This document shows positions 10,830-20,989 of a DNA stretch of 64,000 bases, in pieces (position 1 is the first letter of the stretch; each line of letters begins with the position of its first letter). The notes beneath the pieces were generated by a model, which did no database searches, was not told the origin of the DNA, and saw only the letters and a list, made by a program, of their open reading frames with translations. The stretch comes from an uncultured Endomicrobiia bacterium (lineage in GTDB: Bacteria; Elusimicrobiota; Endomicrobiia; DTEH01): assembly GCA_937936785.1 (NCBI GenBank), contig CALDDQ010000015.1, forward strand, positions 189 through 64,188. Direction: 5' to 3'. The translations under genes and the position numbers were made by a program.

Positions 10830-12062
10830 ATGAAAACTAATATTGCAGTAGTTTTTTATTATACTAAAATTAACAGATATAGTTTTAATGCGTTAATGGG
10901 TGCGATTGAAGTTGATAAATATTTTGATAATTTAAAAATATTTTGTATCCGTAATTCAAAAGATCTAATCATTAAATTAAACGAAGTTGTTAATATTTAT
11001 GACAAAATAGTTTTAGGAATATCATTTTTTACTATTCAAAAAGAATATATTAGTAAACTTTTGTGTTATTTAAAAAATGAGTTTGGAGAAAAAATAATTT
11101 ATGTTGCAGGTGGTCCACATCCTACCGGTGAACCGGTGCAAACTTTAAATATGGGTTTTGATATTGTTGTTTCATCAGAAGGAGAAGAAACTTTTAAAAA
11201 TGTTTTAAAAGCAATAATGGAAAACGGTGATTATAAAAATGTTCAAGGAATAAATTTTTTTGATAAAAACAGAAAAATAGTTTTTACTGGAAAAACTCAA
11301 CAAGTTGATTTAGACAGTTATCCTCCAGTAACAATAAAATATAATCATTTTGGTCCCATAGAAATTACTCGAGGATGTGTTTTTGGATGTTATTTTTGTC
11401 AAACAGCATATATATTTGGCAAGACATTGAGGCATCGTAGTATAAAAAGTATAATAAAATATGTAAAGTATATGGCTAAAATAAAACTTAACGATTTTAG
11501 GGCAATATCGCCAAACGCATTTTCATATGGTTCTAAAGATGGTAAAAAGATTAACTATGAACAGATAGAAACTCTTTTGTGGAATATAAAAAAAATTGTA
11601 AAGCCTGATGGTAAAGTATTTTTTGGAACATTTCCTTCAGAGGTTAGACCAGAACATGTTAACAAAGAAACAATAAAATTAATTTTGAAATATACTGACA
11701 ACACAAACCTTGTTATGGGAGCACAATCTGGTAGTCAACGAATATTAGATCTATGTAATCGTGGTCACACTGTTAAAGATATTTTTGATGCAACAGAACT
11801 AATTTTAAAGAACGGGTTAAAAGCAAATATAGATTTTATTTTTGGTTTACCAGAGGAAACAGAAAAAGATGTTCAAGAAACGATTAAAGTAATAAAAGAA
11901 TTGGTAAAGATTGGTGCAAAAATTCATGCACATACATTTTATCCATTACCACAAACACCGTTTGCAACCAAAAAACATGAAAAAATTGGTAATGAGTTAA
12001 AACTGTTAATAAAAGAATATTTGCCCAAAGGATATATTTATGGAAATAATTTTTTAGTATAA
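10830..12062 (+). CDS. B12-binding domain/radical SAM protein (MJ1487-like family)
   Basis: GGPHPT..EGEE, EITRGCVFGCYFCQ (CxxxCxxC), FFGTFPSEVRPE. Confidence 0.8.
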   Translation: MKTNIAVVFYYTKINRYSFNALMGAIEVDKYFDNLKIFCIRNSKDLIIKLNEVVNIYDKIVLGISFFTIQKEYISKLLCYLKNEFGEKIIYVAGGPHPTGEPVQTLNMGFDIVVSSEGEETFKNVLKAIMENGDYKNVQGINFFDKNRKIVFTGKTQQVDLDSYPPVTIKYNHFGPIEITRGCVFGCYFCQTAYIFGKTLRHRSIKSIIKYVKYMAKIKLNDFRAISPNAFSYGSKDGKKINYEQIETLLWNIKKIVKPDGKVFFGTFPSEVRPEHVNKETIKLILKYTDNTNLVMGAQSGSQRILDLCNRGHTVKDIFDATELILKNGLKANIDFIFGLPEETEKDVQETIKVIKELVKIGAKIHAHTFYPLPQTPFATKKHEKIGNELKLLIKEYLPKGYIYGNNFLV

Positions 12063-12075
12063 AATTTAAAAATAA

Positions 12076-12603
12076 ATGAAAACAAAGATAAAAATATTTA
12101 AAGGAGATATTACTAATATTCATGTAGAAGCAATTGTTAATGCAGCTAACAATACGCTTTTAGGTGGAGCAGGAGTAGACGGTGCGATACATCGTGCTGC
12201 AGGACCAAAATTGTTAGAAGAATGTAAAAAGTTAGGTGGATGTAATACAGGAGAGGCAAAAATTACCAAAGGGTATAACTTAAATGCAAAATTTGTTATT
12301 CACACAGTTGGTCCTGTGTGGTACGGAGGAAAAAATAATGAAGAAGAACTCCTTGCTTCTTGTTATAGAAACAGCCTTGAATTAGCAGAAAAAGCAGATG
12401 TTAGAACAATTGCTTTTCCATCAATTTCTACCGGGGCTTATAGATTTCCTATAGAAAAAGCTGTAAACATAGCGATGTGTGAAATAAAAAAATTTGTTGA
12501 GAAAAATGATACCATAGAAGAGATAATTTTCGTTTTGTTTTCTGAAAAAGATTATTTATTGTATAAGAATAAAGTGAAAGAAATATTTGGTTTTGAAATT
12601 TAA
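12076..12603 (+). CDS. Macro domain protein (O-acetyl-ADP-ribose deacetylase, YmdB-like)
   Basis: [41 protein letters not shown]. Confidence 0.92.
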   Translation: MKTKIKIFKGDITNIHVEAIVNAANNTLLGGAGVDGAIHRAAGPKLLEECKKLGGCNTGEAKITKGYNLNAKFVIHTVGPVWYGGKNNEEELLASCYRNSLELAEKADVRTIAFPSISTGAYRFPIEKAVNIAMCEIKKFVEKNDTIEEIIFVLFSEKDYLLYKNKVKEIFGFEI

Positions 12604-12641
12604 AAATTTTGTGTTTTTTAAAGTATAAATATTTTTTTCCA

Positions 12642-12670
12642 TTGATAAAAAAGTTAATATTTGATAAATA
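12642..12670 (+). promoter_or_regulatory. Candidate sigma70 promoter for ybaB
   Basis: TTGATA-17bp-TAAATA with TGn extension; GGAGG SD downstream. Confidence 0.45.
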
Positions 12671-12703
12671 AAAAAACAAAATTTTTTATGGAGGATATAT
12701 TAT

Positions 12704-12961
12704 ATGTTTGACAAACTTAAACAAGCAAAACAATTGTTAGAACTACAGTCACAACTTAAGAAAGAAATAGTTGAATCAGAAAAAAATGGTATAAAGATTG
12801 TGATAAATGGCAAACTTGAAGTTGAAGAAATAATTTTAAATCCGTCATTAGATGTAAAAGAACAGGAACATTTATTAAAAGATTGTTTTAACGATGTGAT
12901 AAAAAAGATGCAAGTAAAATTAGCACAGAAGATGGCAGGAATGCCGGGTTTGGGGTTGTAG
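12704..12961 (+). CDS. YbaB/EbfC family nucleoid-associated protein
   Basis: 85 aa; MFDKLKQAKQL..LQ, IKIVINGKLEVEEI, C-terminal MAGMPG; SD GGAGG. Confidence 0.8.
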   Translation: MFDKLKQAKQLLELQSQLKKEIVESEKNGIKIVINGKLEVEEIILNPSLDVKEQEHLLKDCFNDVIKKMQVKLAQKMAGMPGLGL

Positions 12962-13039
12962 TTGTTCATAGATATTCTTAAATTGATAAAAAAGTTTTTT
13001 TTGAGTTAACAAATTTTATATAAAGATGTATATAAAAAA

Positions 13040-13771
13040 ATGAGAATACTAATAAAACTTAGTGGAAAAGTTATTGATGATAAAGAAGAGTTAAAAAACT
13101 TTATTACAAGTATCAAAAAATTACATAAAAACAATCAATTGATAGTTGTTCATGGTGGTGGGAAACAAGTTTCTTCCTGGTCAGAGAAATTAGGTTTAAA
13201 AACTATATTTGTAAACGGATTAAGGGTTACTGATGAAAAAATGTTAGAAGTGGTGATATCGGTTTTGTGTGGCTTGGTGAACAAAAAGTTAGTTTTTGAA
13301 TTTATAAAAAATAATCTTAAAGTAGTAGGATTGTCGTGTATAGATGGAAAAATAGTTGAAACAAATATTGAAAAAAAGTTGGGTTTTGTAGGTAGTAAGA
13401 TTAAAAAAGTAAATATAGAAATAATAAAAATTTTGCTTAAACAAAAATTTATAGTTTTAATTTCTTCAGTAGGTATTGGTGACGGCAAAATTGTAAACAT
13501 TAACGCAGACAATATTTCTTATGCATTAGCGAAACAGTTAAAAGTGGACAAACTGATATTTTTAACTGACAAACAAGGTGTTTTAGATAAAGAAAATAAA
13601 GTTATCAAAGAACTAAAAATTAGTCAAATTAAAAACTTAATAAACAGAGGTGTTGTTACAGACGGTATGATACCAAAACTTAATTCAATAAAAGATGCAA
13701 TAATGTCAGGTGTAGGAAATGTTATAATTTCAAACAATTTGAACAGCATAGGAACATTAGTAAAAAAATGA
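13040..13771 (+). CDS. argB: Acetylglutamate kinase
   Basis: IKLSG, VVHGGG, GLRVTD, NINAD, GMIPKL. Confidence 0.92.
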   Translation: MRILIKLSGKVIDDKEELKNFITSIKKLHKNNQLIVVHGGGKQVSSWSEKLGLKTIFVNGLRVTDEKMLEVVISVLCGLVNKKLVFEFIKNNLKVVGLSCIDGKIVETNIEKKLGFVGSKIKKVNIEIIKILLKQKFIVLISSVGIGDGKIVNINADNISYALAKQLKVDKLIFLTDKQGVLDKENKVIKELKISQIKNLINRGVVTDGMIPKLNSIKDAIMSGVGNVIISNNLNSIGTLVKK

Positions 13772-14931
13772 TTCCAGAATATAACAAAAACTTTTTAAAA
13801 ACTTATAAACGGTTTGATATAATATTTGAAAAAGGTAGTGGTAAATATCTTTATGACCGAAAAGGTAAAAAGTATTTAGACTTTTTTTGTGGTATAAGTG
13901 TATGTAATTTAGGACATTGTAATAAAAAAATAGTTTCTGCGATAAAAAAACAATCAGAAAAACTATGGCATATTTCAAACTATTTTAATCATCCGAAACA
14001 AAGTGAATTAGCAGATTTATTAGTAAAAAAAACTTTTAAAGGAAAAATCTTTTTTTCAAACTCAGGTGCTGAGTCAATAGAGTGTGCAATAAAGTTAGCA
14101 AGAAAGTTTGGCAGTAAAACTAACAGGTACGAAATAATTTCGTTTAAAAATTCTTTTCATGGAAGAACTTTGGCTACGCTTACAGCCACAGGCCAGGAAA
14201 AGTTTCACAAAAATTTTGGTCCTTTAGTGAAAGGATTTAAGTATGCAACTTTAAATAATATTAATTCAGTAAAAAGTTTAATTTCATCAAAAACCGTAGC
14301 AATAATTATAGAACCAATCCAGGGCGAAGGTGGGGTAAATCCTGCAACAAAAGAATTTTTAGAATGTTTAAGAACCATTTGTAACACAGGCAATATTTTA
14401 TTAATTTTTGACGAAGTTCAGACAGGATTTGGTAGAACGGGCAATTTTTTTGCATTTCAACATTTTGGTATAAAACCTGACATAATTTGTATGGCAAAAA
14501 GTATTGCAAACGGATTACCATTAGGAGCAACATTAGTAGATGAAAAATTTTCTAATATTTTTGATTTTGGAGATCATGGGACAACTTTTGGAGGAAACAT
14601 TTTAAGTTGTGTTGCAGGGATTGAAGTCGTAAAACTTATTGATAAAAAAATGTTGTTTAATGTAAGAAATGTTGCGGGATATTTTTTTAAAAAATTAAAT
14701 GAGATTAAAGACAAATATGAGTTTATAAAAGAAGTTAGAGGAGTAGGGTTGATGGTTGGGGTAGAGCTAAATTTTGATGCGAAAGAAGTTGTAGAAAAAT
14801 GTTTAGAGGAAGGTTTAGTAATAAGTGTGGTTCAAAATAATGTTTTAAGATTTTTACCACCGTTGATAATTAACAAAAAAGATGTTGATGAATGTATAAA
14901 AATTTTAGATAAAATTTTTTTCACATTATAA
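13768..14931 (+). CDS. argD: Acetylornithine aminotransferase
   Basis: FFSNSGAE, SFHGRT, EPIQGEGG, FDEVQTGFGRTG, HGTTFGGN; overlaps argB. Confidence 0.9.
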   Translation: MIPEYNKNFLKTYKRFDIIFEKGSGKYLYDRKGKKYLDFFCGISVCNLGHCNKKIVSAIKKQSEKLWHISNYFNHPKQSELADLLVKKTFKGKIFFSNSGAESIECAIKLARKFGSKTNRYEIISFKNSFHGRTLATLTATGQEKFHKNFGPLVKGFKYATLNNINSVKSLISSKTVAIIIEPIQGEGGVNPATKEFLECLRTICNTGNILLIFDEVQTGFGRTGNFFAFQHFGIKPDIICMAKSIANGLPLGATLVDEKFSNIFDFGDHGTTFGGNILSCVAGIEVVKLIDKKMLFNVRNVAGYFFKKLNEIKDKYEFIKEVRGVGLMVGVELNFDAKEVVEKCLEEGLVISVVQNNVLRFLPPLIINKKDVDECIKILDKIFFTL

Positions 14932-14941
14932 ATAATTTTTT

Positions 14942-15619
14942 ATGACAAAAAATATTTTTACTTTTGTAGTAAATTTTTATGGTACCAATAGTTATATTTA
15001 TAAGAATTTAAATAGTAATTTTGCAATAATAATAGATCCTGGTGGCGAGATAGACGAAATTGTTGATGTGATAAAAAAAAATAATTTGAAAATAGAACAT
15101 TATGTTTTAACACACTCGCATTTTGATCATATATCTTCGTTAGAAAAAATTTATAATTCATATCCAGCAGTAGTGATTGTTCATGAGAAAGAATTTAATA
15201 ATGTTATAGATAACAAAAAAAATCTTTCTGCTATGTTTGGTGTTGATGGTATAAAAGATGGTGGTAAAAACATAAAATGGAAAAAAGTGAAAGATGACGA
15301 GAAATTTTTTTGTGGTAATCAGGAAATAAAAGTTATACATACACCGGGGCATACTGTTGGTGGGATATGTCTTTATATTGATGAGAGTTCGGTAAATAAA
15401 AATGGAGATTCTGAAAAATATTTGTTTACCGGAGATACACTATTTCGTGGTACTATAGGTAGGACAGATTTTGAAGGTGGGGATTATAATATTTTAATGA
15501 TGTCATTAAAAAAGTTGGCAAGTTTACCAAAAGAAACAAAAATTTTTCCAGGTCATGGACAATCAAGTGTTTTAAGATACGAATTGGAAACCAACGAATA
15601 TTTTAAAAATATTATTTAA
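14942..15619 (+). CDS. MBL-fold metallo-hydrolase (glyoxalase II-like)
   Basis: THSHFDH, HTPGHT, FTGDTLF..IGRTD, PGHG. Confidence 0.9.
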   Translation: MTKNIFTFVVNFYGTNSYIYKNLNSNFAIIIDPGGEIDEIVDVIKKNNLKIEHYVLTHSHFDHISSLEKIYNSYPAVVIVHEKEFNNVIDNKKNLSAMFGVDGIKDGGKNIKWKKVKDDEKFFCGNQEIKVIHTPGHTVGGICLYIDESSVNKNGDSEKYLFTGDTLFRGTIGRTDFEGGDYNILMMSLKKLASLPKETKIFPGHGQSSVLRYELETNEYFKNII

Positions 15620-15631
15620 TAAATAATACTA

Positions 15632-16540
15632 ATGTATAAAGATTTAGACGATTCTTTAGTGGAACAATTTTTAAGATATGTGCAGTTTGAAAAAGGTTTA
15701 AGTAAAAATACAATTTCTGCATACAAGAATGACTTACAACAATATTTTATGTTCTTACACAGTATCAGTAAAAAAATTGAAAATGTTACTGCAGAAGATA
15801 TTTCAGATTTTTTGTGGAAACTGAAACAAAAAAATTTAAAGAGTTCATCTATATATCGCAAAACTGCTTGTATTGTACAGTTTCACAAATTTTTGATTAT
15901 TGAAGATATTACAAAAAACGATCCTGTAGAATTTTTAAGCAGACCAAAACTTTATCGTAAATTGCCTCAAGTATTATCTGTAGAAGAAGTGGATAAAATA
16001 TTAAATTACATACCGGCTAAAAAGTTTAGTGACATAAGAAATCGTGCAATTATAGAACTAATTTATGCTGCTGGGTTAAGAGTTTCGGAAGTTGTAGGTC
16101 TAAAATTTGAAGATTTAAATTTAGAATCACAATTTGTCAAAGTTAGAGGTAAAGGTGGTAAAGAACGGATAGTTCCCATTGGTAAAAAAAGTGTTTCAGC
16201 AATAAAAGATTGGTTGAAAGTTAGACAACAAAAATTTTCAACAAAAATTTTGCCTGATAATGATGTTTACATTTTTTTATCTAAACTTGGACGGCCAATT
16301 TCAAGGATAGGTTTTTGGCAGGAATTAAAAAGTTATGTAAAAAATGCTGGCATAATAAAAGAAGTTTCACCACACACTTTAAGACATTCATTTGCTACAC
16401 ATATGTTAAAATATGGCGCAGATTTAAGAGTAGTTCAAGAATTATTAGGTCATTCAGACATCGCTACTACACAAATTTATACACATGTAGATAAAGAACA
16501 TTTAAAATCGGTACATAAAAAGTTTCATCCACGAGGGTAA
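15632..16540 (+). CDS. xerD: Site-specific tyrosine recombinase XerD
   Basis: EKGLSKNTISAY, GLRVSE, GKGGKER, SPHTLRHSFATH, LLGHSDIATTQIYTHV, FHPRG end. Confidence 0.9.
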   Translation: MYKDLDDSLVEQFLRYVQFEKGLSKNTISAYKNDLQQYFMFLHSISKKIENVTAEDISDFLWKLKQKNLKSSSIYRKTACIVQFHKFLIIEDITKNDPVEFLSRPKLYRKLPQVLSVEEVDKILNYIPAKKFSDIRNRAIIELIYAAGLRVSEVVGLKFEDLNLESQFVKVRGKGGKERIVPIGKKSVSAIKDWLKVRQQKFSTKILPDNDVYIFLSKLGRPISRIGFWQELKSYVKNAGIIKEVSPHTLRHSFATHMLKYGADLRVVQELLGHSDIATTQIYTHVDKEHLKSVHKKFHPRG

Positions 16541-16569
16541 AATAGCTAAAAAGTTAAAAGTTACAAGTT

Positions 16570-17517
16570 ATGGAAAAAATAAGGTTAGGCATTAGCAGGT
16601 GTTTGTTGGGGTATAATGTTAGATATGACGGTGGTCACAGGTTAGACCATTATTTAACAGATACTATTGGCAAGTATGTTGATTGGATTGATATATGCCC
16701 AGAGGTAGATTGTGGATTACCGGTTCCACGAGAAGCTATGCGGTTAGTCGGTGATCCAAAAAGTCCAAGGTTGGTTACTATAAAAACAAATATAGATTAT
16801 ACAGAAAAGATGTTAAATTGGAGCAAAAAAATTTTGCCAAAATTATCAGAACAATCTTTAAGTGGGTTTATTTTTAAGAGTGGTTCTCCAAGTTCTGGGT
16901 TACAGAATGTTCGTATATATAATAAAAAAGGTATACCGACAAGAAATGGGGTTGGAATTTTTGCAAGAGAATTTGTTAAATATTTTCCTTTACTTCCTGT
17001 AGAAGATGATGGTAGATTACATAATTTGCAGATAAGAGAAAATTTTTTTGAACATATATTTGTATATAACAGATGGCAAGAGTTTTTACAAAATGATAAA
17101 TCAATTGATGGGTTGGTAAAATTTCATACCGCACACAAACTTTTAATAATGTCTCATAGTCAGAAACATTTATCTTTATTAGGTAAACTTGTTGCAAATG
17201 CAAAAAGTTATGACAAAAGATATGTTTTTAATGAATATATAAAAATTTTAACAGAAGGAATAAAAAAAATTTCAACACAAAAAAATCATATAAATATTTT
17301 TTTGCACATAATAGGATATTTTAAAAAACAGTTGTCTTCAGAGGAAAAAAAAGAATTTTTAGAAATTGTAGAACAATATAGAAAAAATTATGTTCCGATA
17401 TTAGTTCCAATAACAATTTTGCGACATTATATAAACAAATATGATAACAAATATTTAAAACAACAATATTATTTAAATCCACACCCGGCAGAACTTATGT
17501 TAAGAAACCATGTTTAA
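16570..17517 (+). CDS. DUF523-DUF1722 (YbbK/YbgA) fusion, 2-thiouracil desulfurase-like family
   Basis: GISRCLLG..VRYDGGH, CPEV.CGLPVPRE, KSGSPS, YLNPHPAELMLRNHV. Confidence 0.85.
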   Translation: MEKIRLGISRCLLGYNVRYDGGHRLDHYLTDTIGKYVDWIDICPEVDCGLPVPREAMRLVGDPKSPRLVTIKTNIDYTEKMLNWSKKILPKLSEQSLSGFIFKSGSPSSGLQNVRIYNKKGIPTRNGVGIFAREFVKYFPLLPVEDDGRLHNLQIRENFFEHIFVYNRWQEFLQNDKSIDGLVKFHTAHKLLIMSHSQKHLSLLGKLVANAKSYDKRYVFNEYIKILTEGIKKISTQKNHINIFLHIIGYFKKQLSSEEKKEFLEIVEQYRKNYVPILVPITILRHYINKYDNKYLKQQYYLNPHPAELMLRNHV

Positions 17518-17540
17518 AAAATTTGTTAATAATAGCGAAG

Positions 17541-17569
17541 TTGAAAGTAGGAAAAATTTTTTATATAAT
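17541..17569 (+). promoter_or_regulatory. sigma70 promoter for tRNA-Cys
   Basis: TTGAAA-17bp-TATAAT about 45 nt upstream of the tRNA. Confidence 0.7.
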
Positions 17570-17613
17570 AAAAAAAAAGTTATTTCTTATAATAAATCTT
17601 CTAAATAACAAAC

Positions 17614-17686
17614 GGCGTGGTACCCAAGCGGTTAAGGGAGCAGTCTGCAAAACTGCGATTCGTCGGTTCAATTCCGACCCACGCCT
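17614..17686 (+). tRNA. tRNA-Cys (GCA), CCA not encoded
   Basis: Acceptor GGCGTGG/CCACGCC, anticodon arm GCAGT-CTGCAAA-ACTGC, T arm GTCGG-TTCAATT-CCGAC, U73 discriminator. Confidence 0.97.
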
Positions 17687-17889
17687 TTTTTAATATGGTG
17701 TGATTATTTGTTCTTAAAATAATTTTTTCATAACAATGATCTTGTCTTTCATAATATAAAAACTAATTTTTTTAAAATTAATTAACCAGGATTTTGTGTG
17801 TAAAGTTAGTTTTATTTATAAGATAATAATTTTTGTATGTTAACTTGTGAAAAAATTTTATGTAATAATTTTTGTTGTTTATTAAAGTA

Positions 17890-17918
17890 TTGAAATTGTG
17901 TAACACATATGATATTCG
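17890..17918 (+). promoter_or_regulatory. Candidate sigma70 promoter for pyrD, overlapped by two short inverted repeats
   Basis: TTGAAA-17bp-TATTCG with TGn; TGTGT-A-ACACA in the spacer; ATGATA-TTCG-TATCAT over the -10. Confidence 0.4.
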
Positions 17919-17949
17919 TATCATTTAGAAAGATTATGATAAACAAAAA

Positions 17950-18837
17950 ATGAGTAATTTAAAAACACATATTGGAAAGTTAGAACTAAAAAATCCGGTG
18001 CTAATTGCAAGTGGCATATGTGGTTTTGCAGAAGAAAATATTGATGTATTGAATAAAGTTGGGGGAACAATTTTTAAGACGGTAACATTAAATCCGACCA
18101 ATGGGAATTGTCCACCAAGAGTTGTTGATACTTATGAAGGTATGTTAAATTCCATCGGGCTAGAAAATCCTGGTGTTGATGGTATAAAAGATAAGTTGAG
18201 TTATATAAAAAAAATTAGAACTAAAAAAATAGCAAGTTTTTTAGGTTTTGATGAAAAAGAGTTTTATTTAATACTAAAAAAACTTGAAAACTATAAAATT
18301 TTTGATGCATATGAATTAAATTTATCTTGTCCAAATGTAAAAAAGGGAAAATGGTTTTATAATTTAAAAAATTTAAGAAAGTTATTAAAAAATATACGTT
18401 TTATTACTAAAAAGCCGCTAATAGCAAAGTTATCTCCTGAAACACAAGTTGTAAAAATTGCACAAATATGTAAAGAATTAGGATATGATGGAGTGACTTT
18501 AATAAATACATATTCTGCAATTGCAGTGGATTATAAAGAACAAAAATTTTGTTTAGGAAATATTTTTGGTGGTTTATCTGGTCCAGTGATAAAACCGTTA
18601 GCGTTAAGATGGGTTTATGAAGTGAAAAAAAGTGTTGGTATAAATATTATTGGTTGTGGTGGTATTATTGAAGGTAAAGATGCAATAGAACATTTTTTAG
18701 TTGGTGCATCTGCGGTACAGATAGGGTCAGGATATTTTAGAAATCCGCAGTTGCCGATAGAGGTTGTAAAGTTTGTTGAAAAATATTTAAAAGAGAAAAG
18801 AGTTAGTTTAAAAGATTTAATTGGTAAACTTATTTAA
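17950..18837 (+). CDS. pyrD: Dihydroorotate dehydrogenase class 1 catalytic subunit
   Basis: LKNPVLIASG, MLNSIGLENPG, ELNLSCPNV, GGLSG, IIGCGGI. Confidence 0.93.
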   Translation: MSNLKTHIGKLELKNPVLIASGICGFAEENIDVLNKVGGTIFKTVTLNPTNGNCPPRVVDTYEGMLNSIGLENPGVDGIKDKLSYIKKIRTKKIASFLGFDEKEFYLILKKLENYKIFDAYELNLSCPNVKKGKWFYNLKNLRKLLKNIRFITKKPLIAKLSPETQVVKIAQICKELGYDGVTLINTYSAIAVDYKEQKFCLGNIFGGLSGPVIKPLALRWVYEVKKSVGINIIGCGGIIEGKDAIEHFLVGASAVQIGSGYFRNPQLPIEVVKFVEKYLKEKRVSLKDLIGKLI

Positions 18838-18863
18838 AATTAATAATTTTAAACAGAAAAACA

Positions 18864-19553
18864 GTGATAAAAAAAGTTGTTATAATAGATTATGGTGCAG
18901 GAAATTTAAAAAGTATTACTAAAGCATTGAAAGTTTTAGGTTTAAATCCGATAGTATTAAATCCGTTATTGCCAGAAACAAATTCTCAAATATTATCTTG
19001 TGATTTAATAGTTCTACCGGGTGTGGGAGAATTTGGTTCCTCGTTGAGAGTTTTAGACAAAATAAAAGATATAATCATTAAACACGTTGTTTCTAACAAA
19101 CCGTTATTGGGTATTTGTTTAGGGATACAACTTCTTTTTAACAAAAGTGAAGAAAGTCCAGGTAAAATAGGATTAGGAATTGTTCCTGGTAAAGTGGTAA
19201 AGTTTAAATTTAAAAATTTGAACAATAGATTAAATTGCCAACATATTAACTCATTACCTATTCCTCATATGTGTTGGAACAAAGTAAAATTTGTAGATAT
19301 AAAAAGTGAAAAAGATAAAAGGAAAATAATATTACAGAAATTAAAAAAAGAAGAATTTTTTTATTTTATACATTCATATTATCCTATTCCTAAAGATGAA
19401 AGAATATGTTTTGGAACAACAGAATATGGGAAAGAATTTTGTTCCATGATTGTAAAAAATAACATTGTAGCGACACAGTTTCATTTGGAAAAAAGTGGAG
19501 ATAAAGGCCTTTTATTGTTAAAAAATGTAATTAAGTATTTAGAAAAAATTTAA
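18864..19553 (+). CDS. hisH: Imidazole glycerol phosphate synthase glutaminase subunit
   Basis: IDYGAGNL, LPGVG, LGICLG, FIHSY, TQFHLEKSG. Confidence 0.92.
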   Translation: MIKKVVIIDYGAGNLKSITKALKVLGLNPIVLNPLLPETNSQILSCDLIVLPGVGEFGSSLRVLDKIKDIIIKHVVSNKPLLGICLGIQLLFNKSEESPGKIGLGIVPGKVVKFKFKNLNNRLNCQHINSLPIPHMCWNKVKFVDIKSEKDKRKIILQKLKKEEFFYFIHSYYPIPKDERICFGTTEYGKEFCSMIVKNNIVATQFHLEKSGDKGLLLLKNVIKYLEKI

Positions 19554-19575
19554 AGATAAACAAGTTAACTAAATG

Positions 19576-19932
19576 TTACTTAACATATTTTTTTATCACT
19601 GACTTTAATTTTTCTAAATCTATGGGTTTAAATATAACTTCAATATTTCTTGTCATACCAAGATTTTTATAATTTTTTTCTCCGATGCCGGTAGTAACAA
19701 TAATAGGTATATCAGATAAATCTTCATATTCTTCTATCATAGTTATCATTGTATCTCCAGAAATATTTGGCATTTGGATATCTGTAATTATTAGGTCAGG
19801 TTTATTTTTTAAAGCGATCTCAATAAGTTTTTGTCCATCGGACGCAGCTAAAACTTCGTACCCTTCATTAGTTAGAAATTCTTTTAACAGTTCTCTATTA
19901 AAATCTTCGTCTTCTGCAATTAATATTTTCAT
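19576..19932 (-). CDS. Single-domain response regulator (CheY-like)
   Basis: MKILIAED, PDLIITDIQMP, FKP; start moved to MKIL. Confidence 0.88.
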   Translation of the reverse strand: MKILIAEDEDFNRELLKEFLTNEGYEVLAASDGQKLIEIALKNKPDLIITDIQMPNISGDTMITMIEEYEDLSDIPIIVTTGIGEKNYKNLGMTRNIEVIFKPIDLEKLKSVIKKYVK

Positions 19933-19941
19933 TATATATAA

Positions 19942-19970
19942 GAAATACAAAAATATTAACTTGTTTTCAA
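19942..19970 (-). promoter_or_regulatory. Candidate sigma70 promoter for the response regulator
   Basis: TTGAAA-17bp-TATTTC on the minus strand; ATG 9 nt downstream. Confidence 0.35.
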
Positions 19971-20091
19971 GTATGATGTGATTTTTTAGAATTGTTAAAA
20001 ACACGATTGATATTATGTTTTTGACCTGTGGAAAAAAAAAATTGTTTTTTGTATAAAGATAAAAATATATTAAATAATTTCAGGTTATATA

Positions 20092-20904
20092 ATGGAAATA
20101 GAAAAAATTTTATTTGCTTTTATGTTAACATTTTTTGCTGGTATATCAACTGGTATTGGAAGTTTAATGTCATTTTTTTCAAAAAAGTTTAGTAAAGGAT
20201 TTTTATGTGGAGCGTTAGGTTTTTCTGCTGGTGTGATGATATATGTTTCATTGGTTGAAATATTTGCAAAAGCAAAAGATTCGTTGATGGTGGCACATGG
20301 TAATAGAATAGGTTATTGGATTACTGTTATGTTTTTCTTCATAGGTATATTAATAATTGCTTTGATTGACAGGTTAGTTCCATCATTTGAAAATCCACAT
20401 GAAATAAAAAATATTGATATAGATGTTTCAGTTGAACAGAATTATGACAAAAGATTACATCGTATGGGAATATTTTCTGCCTTAGCAATAGCAATACACA
20501 ATTTTCCAGAGGGATTGGCAACTTTCATAGGAGCATTGCATGAACCTGCTTTAGGTATAAGCATTGCAATTGCAATAGCAATACACAACATTCCAGAAGG
20601 TATATCTGTTGCAGTGCCAATATATTATTCTACAAGAAGTAAGAAAAAAGCGTTCTGGTTTTCATTTCTATCTGGTTTAGCGGAACCTGTTGGTGCAATA
20701 GTCGGTTTTTTTATTTTGAAAACATTTTTTAACAAATCAACTTTTGGTATAATTTTTGCTATTGTTGCTGGGATAATGGTTTATATTTCTCTGGATGAAC
20801 TTTTGCCAACAGCAGAAGAATATGGTAAACATCATATAGTAATTGGAGGTTTAATTATTGGGATGTTTGTTATGGCGACAAGTTTGTTGTTGTTCTCGAA
20901 ATGA
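20092..20904 (+). CDS. zupT: ZIP family zinc transporter ZupT
   Basis: GFSAGVMIYVS, AIAIHNFPEG, HNIPEG, SLDELLP. Confidence 0.93.
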   Translation: MEIEKILFAFMLTFFAGISTGIGSLMSFFSKKFSKGFLCGALGFSAGVMIYVSLVEIFAKAKDSLMVAHGNRIGYWITVMFFFIGILIIALIDRLVPSFENPHEIKNIDIDVSVEQNYDKRLHRMGIFSALAIAIHNFPEGLATFIGALHEPALGISIAIAIAIHNIPEGISVAVPIYYSTRSKKKAFWFSFLSGLAEPVGAIVGFFILKTFFNKSTFGIIFAIVAGIMVYISLDELLPTAEEYGKHHIVIGGLIIGMFVMATSLLLFSK

Positions 20905-20989
20905 TCTTGGATATTTAAAATTAATGATACAAAAAATAAAAAAAACTTTTGATAAGGAAATCTAAAAAATAATTTTTAAGGTTATAAAA

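Noticed and set aside
9514-12603. Macrodomain plus NUDIX as an ADP-ribosylation defence or histone-modification system
   Set aside because: No ADP-ribosyltransferase or sirtuin in the window; both look like ordinary housekeeping members and are about 50 kb from the histone
15632-17686. Tyrosine recombinase near a tRNA as an integrative element
   Set aside because: The protein has housekeeping XerD hallmarks and size; no duplicated tRNA 3' end, no phage or conjugation cargo, no visible composition shift
17687-17949. PyrR attenuator or riboswitch upstream of pyrD
   Set aside because: Only AT-rich imperfect hairpins; no PyrR-binding loop consensus or recognisable aptamer
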